DNA of 64,000 nucleotides from an uncultured delta proteobacterium (GCA_963771465.1 CAVYTU010000011.1:32001-96000), one strand, 5' to 3'; positions 52,430-63,283 are shown, numbered from the stretch's first letter. Program-made: numbers and translations. Notes: a model not told the origin generated them from the sequence alone.

Positions 52430-52876
52430 GTCAAAGAATCGCAGTGCCCTCTCGGAAGCGGGATAGCGGAGGTGGGCAACGATTTCCTTTTTCATCCGAC
52501 TGGTATCGGCGATGACCGAGGTCATGCCCCTCTCTATCATGTCACGGGTGAGTGGGCTGCGCGGGCCGGCGGCGAGTGCCGCGTCGACCAGGTTTTGCGT
52601 GTAGATGGTGTTGGTTCGGTGCAGGAACTCTTGCGGATGAGGTTAAAACAGAACGCCGGCGAGGTAAACGATGCAATCGATGTTTGCACAAACTGGCCGT
52701 AGCGAAGCGAGATCATTGAGATCGCCGCGGACAATTTCGGCATTAGCGCTCAGTGGCAAGTCGAAAGGCAGAGCTCGCTTATGCGTAAGCAGCCGAAGCT
52801 GATGCGGACTCGACAGCAGATGCTTCGTTAACAACGAACCGAGATTTCCCGTTGCACCGGCGATGAGAATGTTCAC
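52430..52876 (-). pseudogene. NAD(P)-dependent epimerase/SDR remnant
   Basis: GATGNLG Rossmann start, in-frame TAA at 52643, continues TQNLVDAALAAG then jumps to C-terminal-like ADTSRMKKE. Confidence 0.65.
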
Positions 52877-52883
52877 GCCATTT

Positions 52884-53528
52884 TCACGCTTTCGTCTTCC
52901 CAGGAAACGGGCAAATATCTTTGACTGTGCACTCGGGGCATTTGGGTTTTTTGGCGAGGCAGACGCGGCGGCCGTGGTACTGCATCAGGTGGCAGAAACG
53001 GACCCGTTGCTTTTCCGGGACGATGGCCGTCAGGTCGGCTTCGATTTTGTCGGGGTCGGTCTTTTGGGTTAAACCGAGGCGCTGTGACAGGCGCATGACG
53101 TGGGTATCGACGCCGATGGTTTGGCGGCCGAAGCTGTTGCCGAGGACGATGTTCGCGGTTTTGCGGCCGACGCCGGGGAGGTTGACTAGATCGTCTAGAT
53201 TGTCCGGCACTTTGCCGTTAAAGCGCTCGACCAGTTGCTGACAACAATTGTGAATTGCTTTGGCCTTGGTGCGGTAGAAATTGATCTTGCCGATCTGGCT
53301 CTCGAGTTTCGCCGGCGGCGTGCTGGCGTAGGCGGCGGCGCTGGGGTTGGCTTTGAACAACTCCACCGTGACTTTGTTGACCAGATCGTCACGCGCTTGG
53401 GCGGCAAGGATGAGCGCGATGAGCAGTTCCAACGGATTGGTAAAGTCGAGATCGAGTTTGGCGTCGGGATGAGCTCTCTCCAGCCGCGCGATTAATTTTT
53501 TTACGTCCATCTTCTTTTTTGCAGCCAC
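52884..53528 (-). CDS. nth: endonuclease III
   Basis: HhH LPGVGRKTAN, VDTHV, C-X6-C-X2-C-X5-C 4Fe-4S motif. Confidence 0.95.
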   Translation of the reverse strand: MAAKKKMDVKKLIARLERAHPDAKLDLDFTNPLELLIALILAAQARDDLVNKVTVELFKANPSAAAYASTPPAKLESQIGKINFYRTKAKAIHNCCQQLVERFNGKVPDNLDDLVNLPGVGRKTANIVLGNSFGRQTIGVDTHVMRLSQRLGLTQKTDPDKIEADLTAIVPEKQRVRFCHLMQYHGRRVCLAKKPKCPECTVKDICPFPGKTKA

Positions 53529-53610
53529 GGATTCTCCCCCGGCGCGACGATTTTGGTTTTGGCGAAAAATATGGTAGCAAAAAGCCTGTCATAAATGGAG
53601 GAATTTAGAA

Positions 53611-53967
53611 ATGGAAGCTAATGCAACGACGACCGCGAAGCAAAAAATTCAGCAGCTGAAGAAGCAAAAAGTCGAGATTCACACCGCTTCGCTCGATCGT
53701 GTAAAAGTTAGAAGGATTCAGCGGAAAATTAAACTGCTTAAGCGACAAACCCGCGACCTCGCTGGGGCGAAGAAATTAGCCGCTGCGAAAGCCGCCGCCG
53801 AGGTCTCAGCCAAAGAGGCGGCCGAGAAGGCCGCAGCGGCTGCCGCCGCAGCAGCAGCCAAGGCCGCTGAAGCCGCACAGGCGGCAGAAGCAGCCGCCGC
53901 CGCCAAAGCCGCTGAGGCGGCCGAGGCAGCAGCCGCAGCCAAAGCCGCGGAACCAGCGGCCGAATAG
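53611..53967 (+). CDS. small basic protein with Ala/Glu/Lys-rich repeat tail
   Basis: Strong RBS (GGAGGA), Lys/Arg-rich N-half, repeated AAAAKAAEAA. Confidence 0.75.
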   Translation: MEANATTTAKQKIQQLKKQKVEIHTASLDRVKVRRIQRKIKLLKRQTRDLAGAKKLAAAKAAAEVSAKEAAEKAAAAAAAAAAKAAEAAQAAEAAAAAKAAEAAEAAAAAKAAEPAAE

Positions 53968-53976
53968 CCACTTGCC

Positions 53977-55032
53977 ATGAATACGCCGCCTCCTCTGCGC
54001 GGCCGCGGCTCGGCGAGCAATCCGAAGAACCGTTTCGAGTCCATCGAGCGGGTGCCCGAGCCGCCAGAGGATGATGACGACATCTCTTCGCCCCACACGC
54101 TGTTTTTCCCCGACAGCTCCAAATCCATCGTCGCCTACAACGACAGCCCGGACGTCGGCTTCGACGCCAGCGTCAATCCTTACCGCGGCTGCGAGCATGG
54201 CTGTGTTTACTGCTACGCTCGGCCCACGCACGAGTATCTCGGCTTCTCTGCCGGCCTGGATTTCGAGACCAAGATTATGGTCAAAGACGATGCGCCGGAG
54301 CTTTTGCGCCGAGAATTGTCGAGTCCGAAATGGAAGCCACAGTTGGTTTCACTGAGCGGCAACACGGACTGCTATCAGCCGGTGGAAAAACAGAAACAGT
54401 TAACCCGGCGTTGCCTAGAAGTGTTGCTCGAATTCCGCAATCCCGTGGTGATCGTCACGAAGAATCATTTGGTGACCCGCGACATTGACGTACTTTCGGA
54501 ATTGGCCAAGTTCGATTGCATCGGCGTGACGCTGTCGCTGACGACCTTGGATCACAAGCTGGCTGCGTTGATGGAGCCACGCGCGTCGCGCCCGTCGCGG
54601 CGTTTGGATGCGATTGGTAAACTCGCCGATGCCGGCGTGCCGGTCGGCTATCTGCAAGCGCCGATGATTCCGGGGCTGACGGATTCCGAGGCGCCGGCGA
54701 TCGCGCTGGCCGCCAAGAAAGCCGGCGCGACCTTTTCCGGCTACGTCGCGCTGCGCTTGCCGTTCGGCGTGAAAGATTTGTTCGAACAGTGGCTGCAACA
54801 ACACTATCCCGACCGGAAAGAAAAAATTCTCCACCGCGTGCGCGAAATCCGCGGCGGCAAGCTCAACGATGCCAATTTCAAATCGCGCATGCGCGGCGAG
54901 GGGATTTACGCCGAGCAGATGGCCAAGCTGTTCGATCTCGCGCGCAAGAAGTCGGGGATTACAGCCAGATGGCCGAAGCTCACGACCGAACACTTTCGCC
55001 GGCCGGGGAAGGATCAGTTGAGTTTGTTTTGA
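53977..55032 (+). CDS. PA0069-family radical SAM protein (SPL-like)
   Basis: NPYRGCEHGCVYCYAR, TDCYQP, EPRAS, C-terminal QLSLF. Confidence 0.92.
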   Translation: MNTPPPLRGRGSASNPKNRFESIERVPEPPEDDDDISSPHTLFFPDSSKSIVAYNDSPDVGFDASVNPYRGCEHGCVYCYARPTHEYLGFSAGLDFETKIMVKDDAPELLRRELSSPKWKPQLVSLSGNTDCYQPVEKQKQLTRRCLEVLLEFRNPVVIVTKNHLVTRDIDVLSELAKFDCIGVTLSLTTLDHKLAALMEPRASRPSRRLDAIGKLADAGVPVGYLQAPMIPGLTDSEAPAIALAAKKAGATFSGYVALRLPFGVKDLFEQWLQQHYPDRKEKILHRVREIRGGKLNDANFKSRMRGEGIYAEQMAKLFDLARKKSGITARWPKLTTEHFRRPGKDQLSLF

Positions 55033-55063
55033 CTGCGTAAATTGGCGCGCCAAACCGACGCGC

Positions 55064-55414
55064 TCAGTCGCAGTAATATTCAAGCTGGTAGCCGTTGGGG
55101 TCTGAAATATAGAGAGCGCTTTTGCCGCGGCGGCCTTCGATCTTTATGGCACTGTCGGTGAATTTTTTCTCCATCCGCTTCAGACCGGCGGCGGTCACTT
55201 TGAAGCCGATGTGTTCTAAGCCTTGTTTACCGGAAGTCCGTTGGGCAGCTTTGACGAAGTTCAACAAATCACCGCTGCCGGGAGTGGTGAGGAAGATCAT
55301 CTTCGGCGGATGGCGAAACGCGACTTTAAGGCCCAGAATACCTACGTAGAAATCTTCGGTTTTCTTAAGATCGCGCACTTTGAGGGCGATGTGGCTTAGG
55401 CCGGTTTTTGCCAT
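55064..55414 (-). CDS. VOC/glyoxalase family protein
   Basis: HIALKV.DL, HIGF, DPNGYQLE. Confidence 0.88.
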   Translation of the reverse strand: MAKTGLSHIALKVRDLKKTEDFYVGILGLKVAFRHPPKMIFLTTPGSGDLLNFVKAAQRTSGKQGLEHIGFKVTAAGLKRMEKKFTDSAIKIEGRRGKSALYISDPNGYQLEYYCD

Positions 55415-55561
55415 GGCTTGAACTCCCGTGTTCGTGTAACCCGTTCGTCAGTTGGCTTTTCTATACCTCATCGAATCTGCTTCATACAACCTGAATCCGT
55501 GCTTTTACAACCGCTGCGATACTTGCTAGTTTGACCACTCTCGCGCCGTGGTGACTCTGCT

Positions 55562-56872
55562 TTGAATGCTTCGTCGGTATCATCGGTTTCCTATCGCAAG
55601 CCAAAAATTTTCTATGGCTGGTACATCGTCGGCGTCGGTTTCCTTTCCCATGTCGCTTGCGCGTTTCATATGTCGAGCACGCTGAGCGTGTTTCTCAAGC
55701 CATTGACCGAGGACTTGGCGGTTTCGCGTGGCTTGTTTTCGCTGCTGCGCTCCGGCGAGATATTGATCGGCGCGGCGATGGCGCCGCTGGTTGGGCCGAT
55801 GGTCGATCGCTTCGGCGGGCGCTGGCTGATGGCCGGTGGCGCGCTGGCGGCGGGCATCGGTTTGGTGGCGCTCAGTCAAGTCAGTGCCTTTTGGCAGTTT
55901 CTCATTCTGCGCTGGACGCTAATCACCGTCGGCGGCGTGTTCATGTGTCATATGGTCGTGAGCGTTACGGTGTCGCGTTGGTTCGTGCACAAGCGCGGCC
56001 GGGCGATTGCGATTGCGAGCTTGGGTCAAGGTTTCTCCAAGGTTCTGATTCCAGTGGTCAGCGCGGCGCTGTTTGTCTCGGTCGGCTGGCGCTTCACCTG
56101 GGCGATCTTTGGCGCGATTACGTTGGTCATCGTTCTCATACCGGCGTTTATTTTCATGCGCCGCAGTCCGGAAGATATGGGAATGCAACCGGATGGTATT
56201 GACGAGCCCGTTGTCACCGCAAGTGTCGCACCATCGAAGCACGACACGAAGCCGGCCAAAGACGTTTCCACCGACGAAGTGGTCTGGACATGGCAAGAAG
56301 TGATGCGCACGCAGACGTTCTGGATTATTTGTTTCATCTACGGCATGGCCAACGTCGGCATCGCCGGGCTTAATTTGCACGTATTTGCCTACGTCACCGA
56401 CATTGGCTTTTCGGCCATCGTCGCCGCGACCGTGCTGAGCATTATCGCTTCGACGCAGCTCGGCTCAACATTAGTATGGGGCGTCATCAGCGAGCGCATG
56501 GAAATCCGTCGTTCCAGCATGCTGATGTTTCTCACTCAGGCGATCGGTTTAGCACTGGTGCTCGCGATGGATCGGATCGTGCCGCTGTACGCCGGCTTTT
56601 TGCTCTATGGTATCGGTCTGGGCGGCGGCTGGGTGTTGCAAGAACTGATCTGGGCAAACTACTTCGGCCGCGTGTCGCTCGGCATGGTACGCGGCCTCGG
56701 CATTCTTGTCACCCACGCTTTTGGCGCCGCCGGTGCGCCGTTCTTTGGCTTCGTGCATGATCTTACCGGCAGCTATCGGTCGTCCTTTCTGACCTTCGTC
56801 ATTGCGCTGCTGCTCTCGGCGTTGTTAAGTTTGATGGTACGGACGCCGCGAAAAAAGTCGTTGACGGCGTGA
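55562..56872 (+). CDS. MFS transporter (OFA/MCT-like)
   Basis: About 12 TM; FYGWYIV, G..VDRFGGR, WF..KRGRA. Confidence 0.9.
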   Translation: MNASSVSSVSYRKPKIFYGWYIVGVGFLSHVACAFHMSSTLSVFLKPLTEDLAVSRGLFSLLRSGEILIGAAMAPLVGPMVDRFGGRWLMAGGALAAGIGLVALSQVSAFWQFLILRWTLITVGGVFMCHMVVSVTVSRWFVHKRGRAIAIASLGQGFSKVLIPVVSAALFVSVGWRFTWAIFGAITLVIVLIPAFIFMRRSPEDMGMQPDGIDEPVVTASVAPSKHDTKPAKDVSTDEVVWTWQEVMRTQTFWIICFIYGMANVGIAGLNLHVFAYVTDIGFSAIVAATVLSIIASTQLGSTLVWGVISERMEIRRSSMLMFLTQAIGLALVLAMDRIVPLYAGFLLYGIGLGGGWVLQELIWANYFGRVSLGMVRGLGILVTHAFGAAGAPFFGFVHDLTGSYRSSFLTFVIALLLSALLSLMVRTPRKKSLTA

Positions 56873-56929
56873 GTTGACCGTGGTTCCAGACGGGGCATAA
56901 TAAGATTCATCAGGCAACACGCTGACGAC

Positions 56930-58069
56930 ATGGCTTTATCCGCGCAAAACTCCTCAGTGCTTCGAACCGACACTTCTCGTGACGGCTCGACTCGTTTGAG
57001 CATCGTCGGCCGGCTGGATTCGACGACGACTGGTGGCATGTGGCGTCAAGCGACGGCAGCGCTCGGACGCGCCAAAGCTGTGCAGGTCACCGTCGATGCG
57101 TCGGGAATCGAATACTGCGACGGCTCGGGTATCGCCTTATTAGTGTACTTACGGAATTATCAAAGCGCGCGCGGCGGACAATTGACCATCGAGGGTCTGC
57201 ACCCTGAATTCGACGAACTGCTCAAGGACGCGACCGCGGGCGATTCGTTATCGCCGACCGCGCCCACCGCGGAACGCGCCAACTTTGTCGAGCAAATCGG
57301 CAAGGGCGTTTTCGATATTCTTCAAGATATTGGCGCGGTCATAAGTTTTGTCGGTGAGTTGTTCTTGGCCATGGTGCAGGCGGCGCGGCATCCGCGCCGG
57401 GTGCGTTGGCACGATACACTATTGATCGCCGAAGCGGTCGGCGTTGACGCCTTGCCGATCGTCATGCTGGTCGGCTTTCTCATGGGATTGATCATGGCCT
57501 TTCAGGCGGCGGTGCCGCTCGGGCAGTTCGGCGCGCAAATTTTTGTCGCCAATCTGATCGGTCTGGCGATCCTGCGCGAACTCGGGCCGCTGATGACGGC
57601 GATCGTTTTGGCCGGCCGCTCGGGTTCAGCATTCGCCGCCGAATTGGGCACCATGAAAGTGCGCGAAGAGATCGACGCGCTCAAGACCATGGGATTGGAA
57701 CCCGTGCGTTTTCTCGTCGTGCCGCGGGTCATTGCCGCGCTGGTTATGACGCCGCTGCTGACCGTGTTCGCCGATCTGGTTGGCCTGATGGGCGGCTCGG
57801 TAGTGCTGATGTCGCTCGGCTTTCCACTGATAACTTTTTTTAATCAGGTCCAAACCGCTGTGACCTACGGCTCGCCGGTAGGCGGTTTGGTGAAAGCTTT
57901 TTTTTTCGGCATTCTGGTCGCGGCGATCGGCTGTTTGCGTGGGTTGCAAACCAAAACCGGCGCCAGCGCGGTCGGTGTATCGACTACCAGCGCCGTGGTC
58001 AGCGGAATTATCTTGATCGTGATTACCGATGGGGTGTTTTCCGTCATCTATTACTACCTGTGGGTGTGA
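56930..58069 (+). CDS. mlaE: STAS-MlaE family ABC permease
   Basis: N-terminal STAS (DGSG), RELGPLMTA, GRSGSAFAAELGTMK. Confidence 0.9.
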   Translation: MALSAQNSSVLRTDTSRDGSTRLSIVGRLDSTTTGGMWRQATAALGRAKAVQVTVDASGIEYCDGSGIALLVYLRNYQSARGGQLTIEGLHPEFDELLKDATAGDSLSPTAPTAERANFVEQIGKGVFDILQDIGAVISFVGELFLAMVQAARHPRRVRWHDTLLIAEAVGVDALPIVMLVGFLMGLIMAFQAAVPLGQFGAQIFVANLIGLAILRELGPLMTAIVLAGRSGSAFAAELGTMKVREEIDALKTMGLEPVRFLVVPRVIAALVMTPLLTVFADLVGLMGGSVVLMSLGFPLITFFNQVQTAVTYGSPVGGLVKAFFFGILVAAIGCLRGLQTKTGASAVGVSTTSAVVSGIILIVITDGVFSVIYYYLWV

Positions 58070-58081
58070 GCGCGAACACTT

Positions 58082-58843
58082 GTGGCCGGCGAAGCAATTA
58101 TCCACGTCGAAGATCTCACCGCGGACTACGGTGGCGATGTGATTCTTCGCGACATTAACTTCGAAGTGTTTGTCGGTGAAGTATTCGTGATCTTGGGAGG
58201 GTCCGGCAGCGGCAAGAGCACCTTGCTAAAGCATATGATCGGCCTGTACAAGCCGGCCAGTGGTAAGATTCTCATTGACGGGCACGATATCGTCAGCGCT
58301 GACGATCGGCAGCGCAAAGAAATTCTGCGCAAGTTCGGCGTGATGTATCAAAGCGGCGCGCTGTTCGGTTCGATGACGCTGCTGGACAACATCCAGCTGC
58401 CGTTGGAGGAATTTACCGATTTGCCGCCGGAGGCGGTTCGCTTGATCGCTTTGATGAAACTCAAGCAAGTCGGCTTGGCCGGATTCGATAGTCACATGCC
58501 GTCGGAGCTAAGCGGCGGCATGCAGAAGCGCGCAGCGATCGCCCGCGCCATGGCGCTCGACCCGCGGATTTTGTTTCTCGACGAACCGTCGGCGGGACTC
58601 GATCCGATTACGTCCGCGGAGATCGACGAGTTGATCATCAGCTTATCGAGCACCCTTAAAATGACTTTTGTCATCGTCACCCACGAGCTGCCGAGTATCT
58701 ATGCGATTGCGGATCGGGTGATTATGTTGGATAAAAAAGTGCAGGGCATCGTCGCTACGGGTAAACCGCAAGATTTGCGCGATCATAGCGACAATCCCTG
58801 GGTCCGTCAGTTCTTTTCGCGCCGAGCGTCGCGCGACAACTAG
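58082..58843 (+). CDS. mlaF: MlaF-like ABC ATPase
   Basis: GGSGSGKS, LSGGMQKR, DEPSAGLDP. Confidence 0.9.
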   Translation: MAGEAIIHVEDLTADYGGDVILRDINFEVFVGEVFVILGGSGSGKSTLLKHMIGLYKPASGKILIDGHDIVSADDRQRKEILRKFGVMYQSGALFGSMTLLDNIQLPLEEFTDLPPEAVRLIALMKLKQVGLAGFDSHMPSELSGGMQKRAAIARAMALDPRILFLDEPSAGLDPITSAEIDELIISLSSTLKMTFVIVTHELPSIYAIADRVIMLDKKVQGIVATGKPQDLRDHSDNPWVRQFFSRRASRDN

Positions 58844-58873
58844 CAAGCGCGCCGGTAATCGGTTGATTCGCCC

Positions 58874-59932
58874 ATGAGGAACTTTAGCTATTTCAAAGTC
58901 GGCGTGTTCGTCATCGCAGCCTCGGTGATCGCGGTTATCGGCGTGATCCTACTCGGGGTCGGCTCGGTGTTTCAAAAAGATATCCTGGTCGAGACCTACA
59001 TCGATGAATCGGTTCAGGGTCTCGACGTCGGCTCGCCGGTCAAGTTCCGCGGCGTGCCCATCGGCAAAGTCGAACAGATCACGCTCACCAGCGTCGAGTA
59101 TGCCACCACCAAACGTTACGTATTGGTGCGCACCGGCATTTCGCCGGACCTGTTCCACGGCAACTTGGCCGAGCTCAGCGCTTCCGGTTTCAAAGCGGAA
59201 ATCGAGCGCGGCCTGCGCTTGCGCATGGCCGCCCAGGGCCTCACCGGTGTCGCCTATCTCGAAGCCGACTACGCCGATCCGCAGCGTAACCCGCCGTTGG
59301 AAATCGATTGGCAGCCGAGGTATCCCTATGTGCCGTCGACTCTCAGCCGCATCACTCAGCTCGGCGAGTCGGTGGAGAAAATCTTGCGCGGCATCGAGAA
59401 CGTCGACCTTGGCCGTCTGGTCGACGGCATCGAAAAATCGTTGACCGCCATCACCAAAGTCGCCGAAGGGGCGAATCTGGAGAAACTGGGTAAAGAAGCG
59501 AATGCATTCCTGTCCGAGGTGCGCGACACCAACCGGCAACTTAAAGAGGTCGTCGGCAGCGCGGAGCTGAAATCGGTTATGCAAGATGGCGCAGGGGCGG
59601 CCAAAAGAGCGCGGGAAATTATTGATAACGCCGAGAAGCCCGTGAAGCAACTTCTGGTGGACCTGCCACAGGCGTCCGAGGGTTTGAACCGGCTGGTCAA
59701 GCGATTGGATTCGGTTGCCACCGATTTGCCTGAGACGAGCGCTCAACTACGCCAAACGATCCAGCGCATGAATCGCTTGATCGCGAACCAACAGCGAGAC
59801 ATCGAAAGGACCATGGACAACTTGCGAGCGATCTCGGACAACATGAAAGAGCTCACCGAGAACTCAAAGAAGTATCCATCGCAAGTGCTCTTCGGTGCGC
59901 CGCCACCACCTTCGAAGGCCATCCAACGATGA
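58874..59932 (+). CDS. MCE/MlaD (PqiB-like) protein with long helical tail
   Basis: GLDVGSPVKFRGVPIGKV, QGLTG. Confidence 0.9.
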   Translation: MRNFSYFKVGVFVIAASVIAVIGVILLGVGSVFQKDILVETYIDESVQGLDVGSPVKFRGVPIGKVEQITLTSVEYATTKRYVLVRTGISPDLFHGNLAELSASGFKAEIERGLRLRMAAQGLTGVAYLEADYADPQRNPPLEIDWQPRYPYVPSTLSRITQLGESVEKILRGIENVDLGRLVDGIEKSLTAITKVAEGANLEKLGKEANAFLSEVRDTNRQLKEVVGSAELKSVMQDGAGAAKRAREIIDNAEKPVKQLLVDLPQASEGLNRLVKRLDSVATDLPETSAQLRQTIQRMNRLIANQQRDIERTMDNLRAISDNMKELTENSKKYPSQVLFGAPPPPSKAIQR

Positions 59933-60549
59933 AGCGATCGCACCAGCGAATCTGCCGCGTTATTCTGTTGCTCTTGATCTCTTGCTACGGCTGCGTCTCT
60001 TTGGAACGGAGCTATCCGGAGAAGCGCTACTTTGTCCTCGAAGCTGCACAGAACGTTGTCCCGGCCAACCCGCCCGGTGAGCGAATCCTGTCAGTTGACA
60101 ATCTGCGGGTCTCGCCTCGATACGCCGACAGAAGTTTTGTTTATCGAATCTCGGAAGCGGGATACGAGACCGATTTTTATAATCAGTTTCTCACGGCGAC
60201 GGACGTGATGATCGGCGAGGAGGTGCGCCGCGGGCTCGGAGCGTCGCAATTTTTTAAATATGTCGTCGGTTCCTCGAACCAGCTGCAACCCAATTATGTT
60301 TTGGAAGGGTCCATTAACGCACTTTACGGCGACTTCCGTAATCTCAATGCGCCGGCGGCGGTGCTAGAAATCGAATTTTTCCTGCACAACGAAGATGCCG
60401 CCAATCCGGGCATTGCCTTGCAAAAGCGCTATATGAAGTCGGTTGCGATCGACACCCGATCGCCCGACGCGCTGGTCAAAGGCTGGAATGCCGCGCTGAA
60501 CGAGATCCTCGCCGCATTGCTTGCGGATATGAAAGCCGTGAAGCTTTAA
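59929..60549 (+). CDS. PqiC-like ABC auxiliary lipoprotein
   Basis: Lipobox YGC; last gene of MCE operon. Confidence 0.8.
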   Translation: MKRSHQRICRVILLLLISCYGCVSLERSYPEKRYFVLEAAQNVVPANPPGERILSVDNLRVSPRYADRSFVYRISEAGYETDFYNQFLTATDVMIGEEVRRGLGASQFFKYVVGSSNQLQPNYVLEGSINALYGDFRNLNAPAAVLEIEFFLHNEDAANPGIALQKRYMKSVAIDTRSPDALVKGWNAALNEILAALLADMKAVKL

Positions 60550-60572
60550 CTACCGGTGCGCGAAGGATGATA

Positions 60573-60625
60573 TTCGGAAACGGAAATTTAACCGCAAAGC
60601 TTGTCCTGAGCGAAAGCGAAGGAAC
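60573..60625. repeat. REP-like intergenic element
   Basis: ttaaccgcaaag followed by cttgtcctgagcgaaagcgaagga. Confidence 0.5.
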
Positions 60626-60685
60626 TTGAGTTGCCCATGGGCGCAACAGAGAATCGGCAATGTCAGCGGTGCTTAACGTCCATTG

Positions 60686-62081
60686 TCATTTCGCACGGGC
60701 CGCGTTCTCGCCAGCCAAGATTCCCGTTACTACCGCTTGCATGAGGCCGCCGGTGTAGCCGCCGCGGTGGCCGCCCATGAGACCGCCAATGGCATCGCCG
60801 GCGGCGTATAGACCGGCGATGGATTTTTCATTTTCGTCCAGCGCTTCAGCACGGCCGTTGATGGCGATGCCGCCCATGGTGAAGGTGATACCAGGGACAA
60901 CTCGCAAGCCGTAAAGCGGCGCGCGCAATGATTTAGGTTTTCCCGTGCGCGGTATTGCTTGCGTCTTCGCGGTGTTTGACTCAATGGCGCGATTATATTC
61001 TTCGACGGTTAGCTTGAAATGTGCCGCATTCAAGCCGAGCGCTTGGGCGAGTGTCTCAGCCGTATTGCGGCAGAAAATCTCGCCGCCGTTGTCGAGTATC
61101 CACGGATTGGGTGAAGGAATTTTTAGCGAAGTGGATGACGGACTGTCCTTGGACGCGGCCCAAGATTCGTGATCGAAGATCAACGTTGCGCCGGTGGGAT
61201 CGTCACGGCGGGAGAGATCGTTGGCCACCGCCACGTCGCCGCGGCCTTCGTCAACAAAGCGTTTGCCATGGGCGTCGATCAGAATGCCTTCGTCGACGAA
61301 TGAGTCCAGTCGCGGATAGGGCCAGAAGCGGTCGTCGGTGAGCGCTTTGCGCGCGATCAGATGGCCATAGAAATATTTGAGATTGACTGCCTTGGCGCCG
61401 AATGGCGAGCGCCATGTTGAGACCGTCGCCGGTATCCTGTTTCGAGCCGCGTAGTTTGCACCGATCGGCGTGCGGGCCGATGTATTTTTTGACCAGCTCT
61501 TTGTTGGCACTGAAGCCGCCGGTGGAAAGGATCGTCGCTCGGCTGCGCAATTCCATATCTTCGCCGTATTTCTTGCCGATCACTCCCACGACTCGGTTGT
61601 TCTCGACGATGAGCTTCGTGCCTACAATGCCGTTCAAGTAGCGCCCGCCAAGGGTTTGAAAACGTTTTTTGAGGCTTGTGAGCGCGCGGGTGCCGACGTC
61701 TCTTTTGTAAACCGGTCCAAGGCAGGTTTCGCTGGTCTGATCGAGCCAGACTCTCCCCGGCGCGGTCTCCTCGATGCTGACGCCTGCGCTGGTTAACCAG
61801 TCGATGGCTCGACCGCAGGTTTCCGACCAGGCCTTGACGAGATCGGGATAGCCGACGCCTTCCGACATGACAAAGTCGTAGAGCTCTTTTGAATTCGTCT
61901 TCGGACTCTTGCCGCCGGCGCGCAGACTGCCCGACGCCATCAGCACGTTGCCGTCGCCGAACTCGCCGTCACTTTTGTCGATGAGTAAAACTTGCGCGCC
62001 TTGCTCGCTGGCGCGCACCGCGGCGGTGAAGCCGGCCAGGCCGGCGCCGACGATGACGATGTCAGAGTTGATGGTGTTCAT
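60686..62081 (-). CDS. FAD-dependent oxidoreductase (FAD_binding_2; TcuA/flavocytochrome c-like), frameshift near 61400
   Basis: GAGLAG, STGGF, DTGDG, TFTMGG, GLYAAGD. Confidence 0.88.
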
Positions 62082-62107
62082 GGAATAGCGTACTTGCATA
62101 AATTGAT

Positions 62108-62190
62108 TTCACCACGAAGGACACGAAGAGCACGAAGTTCGGAATATCAATTATCCGAACCCTTCGTGTCCTTCGTGGCTTCGTGGTGAA
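62108..62190. repeat. palindromic REP-like element built of cacgaag units
   Basis: ttcaccacgaaggacacgaagagcacgaagttcgga ... tccgaacccttcgtgtccttcgtggcttcgtggtgaa. Confidence 0.8.
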
Positions 62191-62225
62191 TACCAAAGCT
62201 TCATCAGGTCTAATGAATTTCATCG

Positions 62226-63226
62226 CTACTGCAGTTTGTAACCCAACTCCTTCGCCACTTCCGTTGCCAGACGGTCGTCGGCGACTTCGGCGAAATTTAC
62301 TTTGCGATCGGTGAAACGGCCTTGAGCTTGGAGCGAGCGGACCAGGTTGTCGATGCCGGCTCGATTGGGAATGCCGGTTGGATTGAGCGTCGTCTGGAAC
62401 GCGTCATAGGTGTCGGCGGCGCCTTCTTTGTCCATTTTTAGAAGCCGCATGATCAACTCGACGGTCTTGGGTTTGGATTTGCGCACCTCGTCCTTGGCGA
62501 CTTGCAGCGCGCGGATGACGCGGCGCGTTTCGGCGGGACGCTCTTGCACGGTCTTCACCATGGCGGTCAGCCCGCCGCCCGGCATCTCTACCATGGCACC
62601 GACGTCCAGCAGTTTGTGAAAACCTTTTTTCGCGGCGGTAAAAATATGCGGTGGCGACATCAGCGCGGCCTCGACGAAACCGGATTCGAGTGAATGGAGT
62701 ATTTGCAGTTGCTGGCCGGGGATTCCCACCATCGCATAATCTTTGGGATTGAAGCCCGACCGTTCCAGGGCGATCGACAAGGCGACATGATTGGTGCCGC
62801 CGACGCCGCCCGACAGGGCGATCTTTTTGCCTTTGAGGTCATGGAGCGTTTTGTACTGCGCCGGCGCTTGCAGCCAGTAGGAAATGCGATCGGAGGAAAA
62901 CCAAATCGCCCGCGACGGCAAACCGGTGAGCGTCGCCGCAACGGATGCCGGGCCGACGCCGGCGACGTAATCGATGTCGCCCTGATTCATGGCGGCGGCG
63001 CCGAGGGGCGGGCTCATGACGACGATCTCAACGTCGAGACCATTCTCTCTAAAGGTGCCCCAATCGCGCGCGGCCAACAGCGGCAGCGCCGTGATCGTCA
63101 AGCCGGCGTTGGAGATGCGCACCTTGGTGCGTTTGTCTTGGCTGATTGCCGGGAGAGCGATGATAATAATTACGAGCAGTGCGAGCAAATTTGCCAGACT
63201 AATTTTTGCGGTGATAATCGATTCAT
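62226..63226 (-). CDS. ABC substrate-binding protein (NMT1/TauA-like); probable frameshift in signal peptide
   Basis: RBS+ATG at 63226 in another frame; G.FRENGLDVEIV, DLKGKKIA. Confidence 0.82.
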
Positions 63227-63246
63227 GACTGTCCTTATCGCATTTG

Positions 63247-63283
63247 CCCTCACCCTCGCCCTCTCCCACTTCGTGGGCGAGGG
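63247..63283. repeat. REP-like hairpin
   Basis: ccctcaccctcgccctctcccacttcgtgggcgaggg. Confidence 0.6.
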
